DNA of 64,000 bases from an uncultured Rhodospirillaceae bacterium (GTDB taxonomy: Bacteria > Pseudomonadota > Alphaproteobacteria > Rhodospirillales > Rhodospirillaceae), in the NCBI GenBank assembly GCA_943787205.1, contig CALSLN010000012.1, positions 189 to 64,188 on the forward strand, read 5' to 3'. The notes beneath the pieces are model-generated. The model did not search any database. It saw only the letters and a program-made list of their open reading frames with translations, and had not been told where the DNA came from. Shown here piece after piece: positions 52,555 to 62,092 of this stretch (positions are counted from its first letter, which is position 1; each line of letters starts with the position of its first letter). The position numbers were made by a program, and so were the translations under genes.

Positions 52555-52980
52555 TTAGCTCTTTGCAGCTTTAGCCTTGGCGGCTTTAGCGGCTTTATTC
52601 ACTTCACGCTCTTTGAGCACGGCAGCTGTATCTTCTGCGATACGAGCTGACTTGCCGCGACGGCTGCGCAAGTAATAAAGCTTGGCGCGACGCACACGAC
52701 CGTGGCGAACCAAATCGATGCTGTCGATGATTGGTGCATAAAGCGGGAAGACACGCTCGACACCTTCGCCGAACGAAATTTTACGTACCGTGAAGGCAGA
52801 ATTCAAACCTGAATTCTTGCGGGCGATGCAGACGCCTTCGTAGGCCTGAATACGCTCACGCTGACCTTCCTTCACCTTAACATTGACCCGAACTGTATCG
52901 CCGGGGGTGAAATCGGGAATATTTTTACCTTCAGTGAGCTGAGCAATCTGTTCCTGCTCAAGTTGTTGGATTGTGTTCAT
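52555..52980 (-). CDS. rplS: 50S ribosomal protein L19 with Lys/Ala-rich C-terminal tail
   Basis: [11 protein letters not shown]...[22 protein letters not shown] is the canonical L19 pattern. The tail reads [12 protein letters not shown]. Confidence 0.92.
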   Translation of the reverse strand: MNTIQQLEQEQIAQLTEGKNIPDFTPGDTVRVNVKVKEGQRERIQAYEGVCIARKNSGLNSAFTVRKISFGEGVERVFPLYAPIIDSIDLVRHGRVRRAKLYYLRSRRGKSARIAEDTAAVLKEREVNKAAKAAKAKAAKS

Positions 52981-52985
52981 TTTCC

Positions 52986-53705
52986 TCAACCTTTCTTGTT
53001 CGTCTCCGCCGCGACAAACCGATCCCAAAGATCCGGCCGCCGAGAGCGGGTAATTGTTTCTGCCTGGTCCTGACGCCAGGTTTCTATGTTTTTGTGGTGA
53101 CCAGATCTCAGGACCTCAGGCACCGCGCGACCGTTCCATTCTTCTGGCCGCGTATAATGGGGATATTCTAATATCCCCTGTTCAAAACTTTCTTCCGACA
53201 GCGAGTCGGGGCTACCTATAACGCCAGGCAACAAACGAACCACTGCATCGAGCACAGTGATCGCTGCCGCTTCACCTCCGGACAGAACGAAATCGCCAAT
53301 GCTGATTTCGTCCATATCCCAAGCCTCAATTACGCGTTGGTCGACACCCTCATAGCGTCCACACAACAACGTCACTCCATCGGCCTCAGCCAAGGACCGC
53401 GCAACGGATTGGTCGAACAAGCGTCCGCGCGGTGTCAAATAAATCAACGGCCGGCCATCGGAATGGGCTTGATGAAGCGCTGCATCAATAACATCTGGTC
53501 GCATCACCATGCCGGCGCCACCCCCGAAGGGAGTGTCATCGACGGAACGGTGTTTATCGCTCGCAAAGTCCCGAATGTCTACTGTTTCCAGGCTCCACAG
53601 CCCGTCTGCAGCGGCCTTTCCGGCCAAAGAGGCCCCCAACGGACCAGGGAACATTTCCGGAAAAAGAGTTAAGACAGAGGCGTTAAATGACGCGGATCCG
53701 GTCAC
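52986..53705 (-). CDS. trmD: tRNA (guanine37-N1)-methyltransferase
   Basis: [26 protein letters not shown] and [13 protein letters not shown] motifs. The GTG start overlaps the rimM stop (GTGA). Confidence 0.9.
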   Translation of the reverse strand: MTGSASFNASVLTLFPEMFPGPLGASLAGKAAADGLWSLETVDIRDFASDKHRSVDDTPFGGGAGMVMRPDVIDAALHQAHSDGRPLIYLTPRGRLFDQSVARSLAEADGVTLLCGRYEGVDQRVIEAWDMDEISIGDFVLSGGEAAAITVLDAVVRLLPGVIGSPDSLSEESFEQGILEYPHYTRPEEWNGRAVPEVLRSGHHKNIETWRQDQAETITRSRRPDLWDRFVAAETNKKG

Positions 53706-54256
53706 GAGTCGTCCCCCGGCTCTACCTCGGCTGCGGCTAAGGCCTCGGCCGTAACCACCAGCATCCTGGCTGCCACGTCCACCGTCGGCACCGCTGAGGC
53801 CGTAAACGGGATCAGCACGGCACGACCGTCGAGAAGACGCATGTCGACCATGTCGCCCGCCCCGAAATCGTATATGGCCGTTACTGTTCCGCATTCTTTA
53901 CCTTGCTCATCTACCACTGTGATGCCGACCAGGTCGGCGTGATAAAACTCTTCTTCGTCTTCGGTCTCCGGTAGCACATCTCGCGCCACATAGAGCAGTT
54001 GTCCCTTTAAAGCCTCGATGGCTTCGCGGTCTTCAGCGCCCTTAATCCGAGCGATAACCACACCCTTGGCCTCGCCCGTAACCTTCAGCTCCAACTGCGC
54101 ACCGTCATCGGTTGCTAGTGGTCCGTACGCTGCAACATCCGCAGGTTCTGCGGTGAAACTCTTAATACGAGCGTCACCTTGAAGCCCACGCGCTCCGACG
54201 ATAACCCCAAGACAAATTTGTGAGTCGCCAGAAGACATTGCGTGCAAACCGGCCAC
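53702..54256 (-). CDS. rimM: 16S rRNA processing protein RimM
   Basis: Sits in the conserved rpsP-rimM-trmD-rplS context and has the G.I.GARGL.G..R..SF pattern. The start is GTG at 54256 or ATG at 54238. Confidence 0.85.
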   Translation of the reverse strand: MAGLHAMSSGDSQICLGVIVGARGLQGDARIKSFTAEPADVAAYGPLATDDGAQLELKVTGEAKGVVIARIKGAEDREAIEALKGQLLYVARDVLPETEDEEEFYHADLVGITVVDEQGKECGTVTAIYDFGAGDMVDMRLLDGRAVLIPFTASAVPTVDVAARMLVVTAEALAAAEVEPGDDS

Positions 54257-54708
54257 TAGGCCTCGGCTTTTTCCTCTTCGGCGGCTGCTTCAGCAGGCGC
54301 TTCTTCGGCAGGGGCTTCTTCAACTGGCGCTGGTGCGGCAGCTTCGGCAGCAGCGGCTTCAGCAGCAGCTTTAGCCGCTTCTTCAGCTTCGCGAAGACGC
54401 TCTTGCGCTTTTGCCCGTGGCTTATCTTGTTTGGTCTGCTCAGGAATCGCAGCAGCTTCAAGAATACCAGCCTTCGCCAAGAAGCGATGGACACGATCAC
54501 TCGGTAGCGCGCCAAGGCCTAGCCAATGACGAATGCGCTCTTCTTTCAAGATAACGCGATCAGCGTGGTCACTGGGAAGCACCGGATTGTAAGCTCCGAG
54601 CTTTTCGATGAAACGACCATCACGGGGAGACCGGCTATCGGCCACAACGATCCGGTAATACGGGCGCTTCTTTGCACCACCCCGGGATAAACGAATACGA
54701 AGACTCAT
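54256..54708 (-). CDS. rpsP: 30S ribosomal protein S16 with Ala/Glu-rich C-terminal extension
   Basis: [35 protein letters not shown] is canonical S16, followed by a low-complexity tail of about 60 aa. Confidence 0.92.
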   Translation of the reverse strand: MSLRIRLSRGGAKKRPYYRIVVADSRSPRDGRFIEKLGAYNPVLPSDHADRVILKEERIRHWLGLGALPSDRVHRFLAKAGILEAAAIPEQTKQDKPRAKAQERLREAEEAAKAAAEAAAAEAAAPAPVEEAPAEEAPAEAAAEEEKAEA

Positions 54709-54765
54709 GCGTCTTGCTCCTTAATTGTTCGACGTTTGTTTAAAGTGTTTCTGTTTCACGTTCTG

Positions 54766-56172
54766 TTATCTCCCCCGGAACGGAAGACCTTGCGGCATTC
54801 CTCCAGGGAGGCCCCCGCCAAGACCTGCCCCTGGCATACCGCCAGAGAACATTCCTGCGAGACCCTTCTTCTTCATCTGTTTCATAACCGTCGCCATTTG
54901 CTGGTGTTGCTTCAGCAAGCGGTTGACGTCTTGCACCGACATCCCCGATCCAGCGGCAATGCGTTTTTTGCGCGACGCTTTAATCAGCGCAGGTTGACGA
55001 CGCTCACCCGGCGTCATCGATAGCAGTATGCCTTCTTGGCGCTTGATCGCCTTTGGATCAACTTCAGCGTCTTTGATCTGCTTGGCCATCTTGCCCATGC
55101 CAGGCAGCATGCCGAGCAGGCCTTTCATATCGCCCATCTTTTGCAACTGGCGCAACTGAGACAAAAGGTCATTGAGATCGAATTGACCTTGCATCATGCG
55201 CTTGGCTAGACGCTCCGCCTCTTCTTCATCGACAGTTTCAGCCGCTTTCTCAACCAGGCTAACCACATCGCCCATGCCAAGAATACGCCCAGCAATACGA
55301 TCAGCGTGGAACCCTTCCATGGCATCGGTTTTTTCACCGACGCCCATGACCTTAATGGGCACACCCGTCACAGCTCGCATAGAGAGGGCAGCACCACCGC
55401 GAGAATCACCATCAACACGGGTTAATGCGATACCTGTGATGCCGACTTTGTCTTTGAATGCAGTCGCCGTAGCTACAGCGTCTTGGCCGGTCATCGCGTC
55501 GGCAACGAGCAACGTCTCAACCGGAGAAACCGCGTCACGGACTTGTCTAACTTCATCCATCAACACTTGATCGATGGTGGTCCGGCCGGCGGTATCAAGA
55601 ACAACAACATCAAAGCCGCCCTTGCGACCTTCATCCATGGCGCGCTTAGCGATATCGACCGGCTTCTGACCAGCAACGATAGGCAGCGTGATCACATTAG
55701 CCTGCTGCCCCAGGGCTGCGAGCTGTTCCATAGCAGCGGGACGGTAAACATCCAACGACGCCATCAACACGCGTTTCTTTTCTTTGGTTTGCAGATGGCG
55801 GGCGATCTTAGCCGTCGTTGTGGTTTTACCAGAGCCTTGAAGGCCAACCATGAGGAACGGAACCGGCGGCGCAGATTTCAGATTGAGTTGAGCTTCATCC
55901 TCATCGTCACCAGTGAGCATATCGACCATGCAGTCATGCACGATTTTGATGACCATCTGGCCAGGCGTAACGGATCGGATAACTTGTTCGCCGATTGCCT
56001 GCTCAGTGGCCTTTTCGATAAAGTCTTTAACAACGGGAAGGGCGACATCGGCTTCAAGCAAAGCAACGCGGACTTCGCGCATCGCTGCGCGCACGTCGTC
56101 TTCTTTCAACGATCCCCGTTTAGTGAGAGCATCGAAAACCGAGCCAAGGCGTTGTGACAGAACGTCAAACAT
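54766..56172 (-). CDS. ffh: signal recognition particle protein Ffh
   Basis: N domain, G domain (GLQGSGKTTT, DTAGR, TRVDGD) and a Met-rich M domain. Confidence 0.93.
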   Translation of the reverse strand: MFDVLSQRLGSVFDALTKRGSLKEDDVRAAMREVRVALLEADVALPVVKDFIEKATEQAIGEQVIRSVTPGQMVIKIVHDCMVDMLTGDDEDEAQLNLKSAPPVPFLMVGLQGSGKTTTTAKIARHLQTKEKKRVLMASLDVYRPAAMEQLAALGQQANVITLPIVAGQKPVDIAKRAMDEGRKGGFDVVVLDTAGRTTIDQVLMDEVRQVRDAVSPVETLLVADAMTGQDAVATATAFKDKVGITGIALTRVDGDSRGGAALSMRAVTGVPIKVMGVGEKTDAMEGFHADRIAGRILGMGDVVSLVEKAAETVDEEEAERLAKRMMQGQFDLNDLLSQLRQLQKMGDMKGLLGMLPGMGKMAKQIKDAEVDPKAIKRQEGILLSMTPGERRQPALIKASRKKRIAAGSGMSVQDVNRLLKQHQQMATVMKQMKKKGLAGMFSGGMPGAGLGGGLPGGMPQGLPFRGR

Positions 56173-56222
56173 GCCGTACGAAGCGTCCCTTTAGCGGGAT
56201 CCCTTTGCCCAAACGAGTAATG

Positions 56223-56252
56223 CGCCAGTGCGCGAACCCTCGCGGACTGGCG
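56223..56252. other. 13-bp-stem inverted repeat in the ffh / epimerase divergent intergenic region
   Basis: CGCCAGTGCGCGA-ACCC-TCGCGGACTGGCG with one central mismatch, 50 nt upstream of the ffh ATG. Confidence 0.4.
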
Positions 56253-56433
56253 GACCCCCTCGAGAGTAGGATGCCCGAAGAATAATGAATTCGGTGCCTA
56301 GCCTATCGTGACCAGACGAGCGGGATTTACGGACTTAGGCCCTATGAGTCAAGGAAAAGTGCCAATTCCCCATACAAAACCGTCAAGTATGGGTGGTCAT
56401 TGATAGGGGTTCACTCCCTCACCGTGATAGAAA

Positions 56434-57459
56434 TTGAACATGAGGAAAGCCTTAGTATTTGGTGGCGCGGGGCAAATTGGTGGCGCCGTTGCCCAACACC
56501 TGGCCCGAACAGATTGGCACATTACCTCCGTAACCCGAGAAAACCGACCTCTGCCTTATGCAGAAAACGGCCGAATTACTTGGTTTAAAGACCCAGGGAA
56601 GAACCGAGCCGACATCATTTCCGACATTGGAGGCACATTCGATGCCGTAGTCGACCCAACCGCCTACGATGCCCAGGATTCAGCCGATTTACTGACCTCT
56701 GAGGCCAAAATCGGTGCCATTGTTTCAATATCATCCAGCAGTGTTTACGCGGACTCTGACGGGCGCTCCCTGGATGAGGCTCAAAACACCGGCTTTCCTG
56801 AGTTTCCCGTCGGAATTCCCGAAACCACTGCCACGGTTAAGCCAGGTCCGGAGACCTACTCAACCCGCAAGGTCGCGATGGAACAGGCTCTCGAGAAGGC
56901 CAAGATTCCTGTGCTTATTCTCAGGCCTTGCGCCATTTATGGGACATATGCGCGTGAACTCAGGGAAGCTTGGATTCTACGTCGGTTGGCAGAAAACCGC
57001 CAAGTTCTGCCCATTTCTCATAAAGCCGAGAGTATCTTTCACACCAGCAGCACCAGCGGAATTGCGTCGCTAATCGACTGCGCTCTACGAGATCCTAAGA
57101 GCGCGACCCTCAATGTCGCTGATCCAGACGCTTTGTCAGTTAAGGGTCTTATTAAAGCCGTGTGTGACGCCGTAAGCACAACCGCTGAGATTCTTCCCTT
57201 TCCGGGCGAACCCGAGGGAATGGTGGGTCGAACACCCTGGACCGTTGCACGGCCTTACGTTCTGGACACGAGTCGGGCGCGGGCTCTGGGTTGGCACGGC
57301 GGCGAGCCATACGCGGAGGCGGTTACCTCGGTTTGTGCCTGGGCCATGGAGCAGGCCTCAGAAACGTCATGGGACGCAGCGTTCCCACTTTACAAAGCCT
57401 ATGGCGTGAACATGTTCGATTATGCGGCAGAAGACCAATTCTTGGCCGAACAAGCATAA
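56434..57459 (+). CDS. NAD-dependent epimerase/dehydratase (extended SDR) family protein
   Basis: N-terminal Rossmann ALVFGGAGQIGGAV, 341 aa. Substrate unknown. Confidence 0.7.
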   Translation: MNMRKALVFGGAGQIGGAVAQHLARTDWHITSVTRENRPLPYAENGRITWFKDPGKNRADIISDIGGTFDAVVDPTAYDAQDSADLLTSEAKIGAIVSISSSSVYADSDGRSLDEAQNTGFPEFPVGIPETTATVKPGPETYSTRKVAMEQALEKAKIPVLILRPCAIYGTYARELREAWILRRLAENRQVLPISHKAESIFHTSSTSGIASLIDCALRDPKSATLNVADPDALSVKGLIKAVCDAVSTTAEILPFPGEPEGMVGRTPWTVARPYVLDTSRARALGWHGGEPYAEAVTSVCAWAMEQASETSWDAAFPLYKAYGVNMFDYAAEDQFLAEQA

Positions 57460-57507
57460 CGAGCGGTTTGCTGGACTTTGGCCCCGAGTGAGCCATATAA
57501 CCCGCCC

Positions 57508-58356
57508 ATGACAACCGGATCGACCATAGAGGGTTTACCCTTCCGCAAAATGCATGGACTCGGCAACGATTTTGTCGTGTTGGACGCGCGCGTCCGACCG
57601 TTGGAATTAAGCGAGTCCCAAGTGCGCACCATCGCAGATCGACATACGGGCATCGGGTTCGACCAACTGCTTATTATCGAACCACCACAATCTGGTGGCG
57701 ACGCCTTCATGACTGTGCGTAATGCCGACGGTGGCGTTGTGTCGTCCTGCGGAAACGGGGCGCGATGCGTTGCTGCCATCGTGATGGACGATCTCGACAA
57801 AGCATCGATCATCATTGAGACGCTGGCTGGTCCAATCACCGCGCGCCGCGCCGATGGCGGACTGGTAGCCGTTGATATGGGCCCAGCCCAATTAGACTGG
57901 CAGGATATTCCTCTCGCGATGGAAGAAGACACCAATCACATCGATCTTGTTGTTGGCTCGCTTTCAAATCCCGTCGCGGTCAGTATGGGCAATCCGCATT
58001 TAGTGTTCTTCGTCGACGACGTCGATAGCGTCGACCTAACGGACTTCGGCCCAACGGTTGAAACGCACGCATTGTTTCCCAACCGCACAAACGTAGAGAT
58101 CGTCGAAATCATCGACCGCAGTCATGTCCGCATGCGGGTGTGGGAACGCGGCGTTGGCATTACGCAAGCCTGCGGCACGGGCGCTTGCGCTGTTGGTGTT
58201 GCCGCAGCCCGCCGCGACCTAACAGACCGTGCCGTGCGCGTCACACTTGATGGTGGCGATCTTCATATTTTATGGCGCGATGATGGGCACGTGATCATGA
58301 CCGGTCCCGTGGCAGAAACATTCTCGGGTGTATTCGACCGAGGCCTTCTCGGATGA
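57508..58356 (+). CDS. dapF: diaminopimelate epimerase
   Basis: FRKMHGLGNDFVVLD, the two catalytic Cys contexts (SSCGNGARC, QACGTGACA), and a start at MTTGST. Confidence 0.9.
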   Translation: MTTGSTIEGLPFRKMHGLGNDFVVLDARVRPLELSESQVRTIADRHTGIGFDQLLIIEPPQSGGDAFMTVRNADGGVVSSCGNGARCVAAIVMDDLDKASIIIETLAGPITARRADGGLVAVDMGPAQLDWQDIPLAMEEDTNHIDLVVGSLSNPVAVSMGNPHLVFFVDDVDSVDLTDFGPTVETHALFPNRTNVEIVEIIDRSHVRMRVWERGVGITQACGTGACAVGVAAARRDLTDRAVRVTLDGGDLHILWRDDGHVIMTGPVAETFSGVFDRGLLG

Positions 58357-59626
58357 CAGTCACGAAAAGTAACGGGGCAGAAAAAACCGCCGGACCTCAG
58401 GTCGTCAGCTTTGGTTGCAGGACTCAACACATACGAATCCGCCGTGATGCGCGACCATGCGATAGCTGCAGGTCGACACAACACCATCATCGTCAACACC
58501 TGCGCAGTGACTCAGGAAGCTGAGCGGCAAGGGCGGCAATCACTCCGTCGTTTACGCCGAGACAACCCGGATGCAGAAATTATTGCGACAGGGTGTGCTG
58601 TTCAGCTGAGCCACAAGCGTACGCAGACATGCCGGAGATCGACCGCGTGATCGGCAACGAAGACAAGATGAAAGCGGAGAGCTTTGCCGCAGATAACCAA
58701 TCAGCCCATTCTGATTAGCGACATCATGACCGTGCGGGAAACCGCCTCACATATGGTCGAAGGGTTTAACGGCAGAACGCGCGCGTTTGTTCAAATACAG
58801 CAAGGCTGTGACCATCGCTGCACCTTCTGCATTATTCCGTTTGCGCGCGGGTAACAACCGAAGTGTTCCAATGGGGCGGTTGTTTGAAGAGATCCGTGAG
58901 CTTGTCGCTATCGGTCACAAAGAAATTGTTTTGACCGGTGTAGATATCACCGGTTATGGATCAGACCTTCCGGGCCAACCGACACTTGGCCAATTGGTGC
59001 GCCGCCTACTGGCTGCTGTTCCGGACCTGCCCCGCCTACGACTGTCCTCGCTTGACCCTGCAGAAGCAGACGAGGGCTTGTTCCATGTTATTGCAAACGA
59101 ACCGCGCTTGCTGCCGCATTTCCATATTTCTGCACAAGCGGGCGACGACCTCATTCTGAAACGCATGAAAAGGCGGCATCTGCGCCAGGATATTATTTCT
59201 TTTTGCGATCGCATCAGAACCGCGCGGCCAGACGCCGTGTTTGGTGCAGATATCATTGCTGGGTTCCCCACGGAAACCGACGCGCAGTTTCAGAACACTC
59301 TGAATCTCGTCGCAGATGCGGGACTAACCCATCTACATATCTTTCCATACTCTATTCGAACTGGAACGCCTGCTGCGCGCATGCCCCAAGTCGAAAAGGC
59401 TGTTATCAAACAGCGTGCGGCCGATCTGCGTGCTGCTGGAAAAAGCGCAATGAATACGTTCCTGGAAAGCCGTGTGGGCAGCAGAGCTTCAGTTTTGATG
59501 GAAGATAATGGCCTCGGCAACAGCGAGCATTTTGTCCCAGTCAGGGTTGGACCAGATCTTCAGCCAGGCGCGCTCATTGACGTGACAATCGGGGCCGTTC
59601 AGGACGGCCAATTGATCGCAGCCTGA
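58353..59626 (+). pseudogene. mtaB: tRNA threonylcarbamoyladenosine methylthiotransferase MtaB (radical SAM), about four frame breaks
   Basis: The ATG overlaps the dapF stop. SFGCR.NTYE, VNTCAVT and the radical-SAM motif [12 protein letters not shown] are spread over three frames, and the long 3' piece is 58787-59626. Confidence 0.8.
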
Positions 59627-59629
59627 CAC

Positions 59630-60579
59630 GTGACTGATCCATCGAATCAAGACCCGTCGGAAAAAAAGGGGTGGTTTGGCCGCCTCACATCGGGTTTGCG
59701 CAAATCGTCAGCCAAACTAGCCGGCGGGATCGGCGATTATTCACCAAACGCAAGCTTGATGACGCCGCCTTAGAAGAGCTGGAAGAACTTCTGATCACGG
59801 CCGATCTTGGCGCCGCCATGGCGGCGCGCCTAACAGCCAACTTAGCAAAGACCCGGTTTGGTAAAGACATAACTGGAGACGAGATCAGGGCTGCTTTCGC
59901 CGAAGATATTGCCGCCTCGTTGACGCCCGTCGCCAAACCTCTGGTTATCGACTCGTTTAAAAAGCCGTTTGTTATTCTTGTTGTCGGAGTGAATGGCGCT
60001 GGCAAAACAACAACCATCGGCAAACTGACAAAACAGTTTCGCGATGATGGAAAGACAGTAACCCTGGCTGCCGGGGACACTTTCCGCGCCGCAGCCGTTG
60101 AGCAACTACAAGTCTGGGGGCAACGGACTGGCGCGCCCGTTATTGCCCGCGAAACTGGCGCCGATGCTGCCAGCTTGGCCTTTGATGCCTTGAATGAGTC
60201 TGCGGCACGGTCAGACGATGTGCTTCTGATCGACACGGCAGGACGTTTGCAAAACAAAGACAACCTAATGGCTGAACTGGCCAAAATTGTTCGCGTCATT
60301 AAGAAGAAAGATGAAACGGCACCGCATGCTGTGCTTTTGGTTCTAGATGCAACGGTTGGTCAGAACGCGCATTCACAAGTCGAAGCATTCAGAAACATCG
60401 CTGGAGTCACAGGCTTGGTGCTAACCAAAGTTGACGGCACCGCAAAAGGCGGTGTGGTTGTCGCACTAGCCGAGAAGTTCGGCCTACCTGTGCACTACCT
60501 CGGCGTCGGTGAAGGCGTTGACGACCTTCGCCCGTTTACGGCTGAGGACTTTGCCAGGGGCCTGCTGGGCTTCTCGTAA
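59630..60579 (+). pseudogene. ftsY: signal recognition particle receptor FtsY (short form), one frame break
   Basis: A GTG at 59630 encodes ...KKGWFGRLTSGLRKSSAKLAGGIGD, which joins LFTKRKLDDAALEELEE... (59671-60579) near 59735. GVNGAGKTTT and DTAGR motifs are present. Confidence 0.88.
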
Positions 60580-61588
60580 GATAAGGTCGCGTTTGATTTT
60601 GCGGTGTGATGTAGCATGACGCCAACAACCATTGCAGGTTTAGCCCAACACTTGTTTCTTCTGGCGCGCCCCATGTGTAGGTGACGTTGCGATCCTCTTG
60701 CCCACTGGCGCGCTCAACGATGTACATAACAAATACATCGTTTGTGAATCCACTGGCCGTGTTGTTCATTGCCCAATCCACATTACGAAGACGAATGCCA
60801 ACCTGGCGGTCTGGCTTTTCTTTTGTTGGGCGCGGCACGAAATGGAGCCCGCCCTGGTCGTTGATCGGAATTTGTCTGAAGTTTTCTTTTTTACCGGTCT
60901 CGCCACTAAAAGACATGGAACAACTAAATATGCGAGCCTTGAGTTGTTTGTGCAGCACCTCTGGTTCGGCATTGACTTGCACATCATCAGACACCCGTCG
61001 AATGACATCGCCTTTCCACAAGGCTCGGTCGCTCAACATCATTTGGTAATCGGCGTAAACGGTCTCGTCTTGCTCTTCATACACGCAAGCTTTGTATTTC
61101 ATCTCAGCATGGTACCCACCAACAGACTGGCGCCAGAACAAATCGCATTGCGGAAGGTTGGTTAAATCATCCAGGGCCAGACTATCGAGTGCTGACAAAT
61201 CTTCATGCGCCTTCATATAGGGCGCTCGATCGAATCCAGCGAACGAATGCAACTTCATGCGCACGGCGCTTGCAGCTTCATCGATATGAAAAGAGTAAAT
61301 ACGCGGGTGCCAGCGGTCCTGTTCGTACCAATAATCCAAAATAAAAAATGCATTCTCACCAAAGCGATCGTTGGGGATGCGACGCACTTCAGACAGCACG
61401 CGCTCATGCCGAGTGTCTTCGGGCAACTCCAGTCTGTTGTCGAAATACACCTGCTCCATGTTGTCGTAGGTACCAGGGAACAGTTCGCTGATAATCATTA
61501 GGTCGCGTTGGAGGGGTGGTTGATCTTGCGCTGCCGCCGACCCGGTGGAAAACGACAGAACAATAAAAATGGAAATGATTTGACGCAT
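60536..61588 (-). CDS. secreted protein, N-terminal CpcT/CpeT-like (DUF1001, lipocalin-like) region, tentative
   Basis: Signal peptide MRQIISIFIVLSFSTGSAAA. LFPGTYDNMEQVYF...RIYSFHID resembles the CpcT-family N-terminus (recollection). The 3' end overlaps ftsY convergently by 44 nt. Confidence 0.5.
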   Translation of the reverse strand: MRQIISIFIVLSFSTGSAAAQDQPPLQRDLMIISELFPGTYDNMEQVYFDNRLELPEDTRHERVLSEVRRIPNDRFGENAFFILDYWYEQDRWHPRIYSFHIDEAASAVRMKLHSFAGFDRAPYMKAHEDLSALDSLALDDLTNLPQCDLFWRQSVGGYHAEMKYKACVYEEQDETVYADYQMMLSDRALWKGDVIRRVSDDVQVNAEPEVLHKQLKARIFSCSMSFSGETGKKENFRQIPINDQGGLHFVPRPTKEKPDRQVGIRLRNVDWAMNNTASGFTNDVFVMYIVERASGQEDRNVTYTWGAPEETSVGLNLQWLLASCYITPQNQTRPYLTRSPAGPWQSPQP

Positions 61589-61717
61589 GATCGCACCTTC
61601 AATTCTCGATACCAATACAGTATCTCGGGCAAGTAACGCAGAATATAGGCTATGGCGCCATACCTTTTACCTTCGGAAAGAGGCGGCCGGAACTGTTTGG
61701 AGATGTCCCCAAAAATG

Positions 61718-61743
61718 AAAAAAGGCGGTGCCAATACACCGCC
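61718..61743 (-). terminator. rho-independent terminator-like hairpin
   Basis: On the minus strand the sequence reads GGCGGTG-TATTGG-CACCGCC followed by TTTTTT. It lies about 350 nt downstream of the secA stop and about 130 nt upstream of the next minus-strand start. Confidence 0.6.
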
Positions 61744-62092
61744 TTCCGATAGAAGTTAAGGACCCCACCCTTAGGTAGCGACATCTAAACTCCCACCTCG
61801 GCCTTGAGGCGTTGAGGAGCTACACTCCTTGTCATCTTCGTCATCCCGGTAGCCCCCCGAACCTGGTCTGCCACATTATTGACGGCAGCTTGATTATTGG
61901 CCGATTAGCTACATTGGGCAGAGTTGCAGATTTTATTCAGGAGGTTCGACCTCTGCGCTGCAAGAGCAGACTCGACGGTGGGTTCAATAGCTATGGAATT
62001 TCTAATGTAAAAACATCGGCTTAAAAATCTATTTGGCTAGGCCCAGTATATGGGGTGTTTCAAATCAAAAACACACTGTACCGGAAAAGGTT

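Noticed and set aside
61930-61965. A GGAGGTTCGACCTCT segment resembling a tRNA or tmRNA T-arm.
   Set aside because: The flanking sequence does not fold into acceptor, D or anticodon arms. I found no tag-peptide reading frame or CCA-proximal acceptor stem on either strand.
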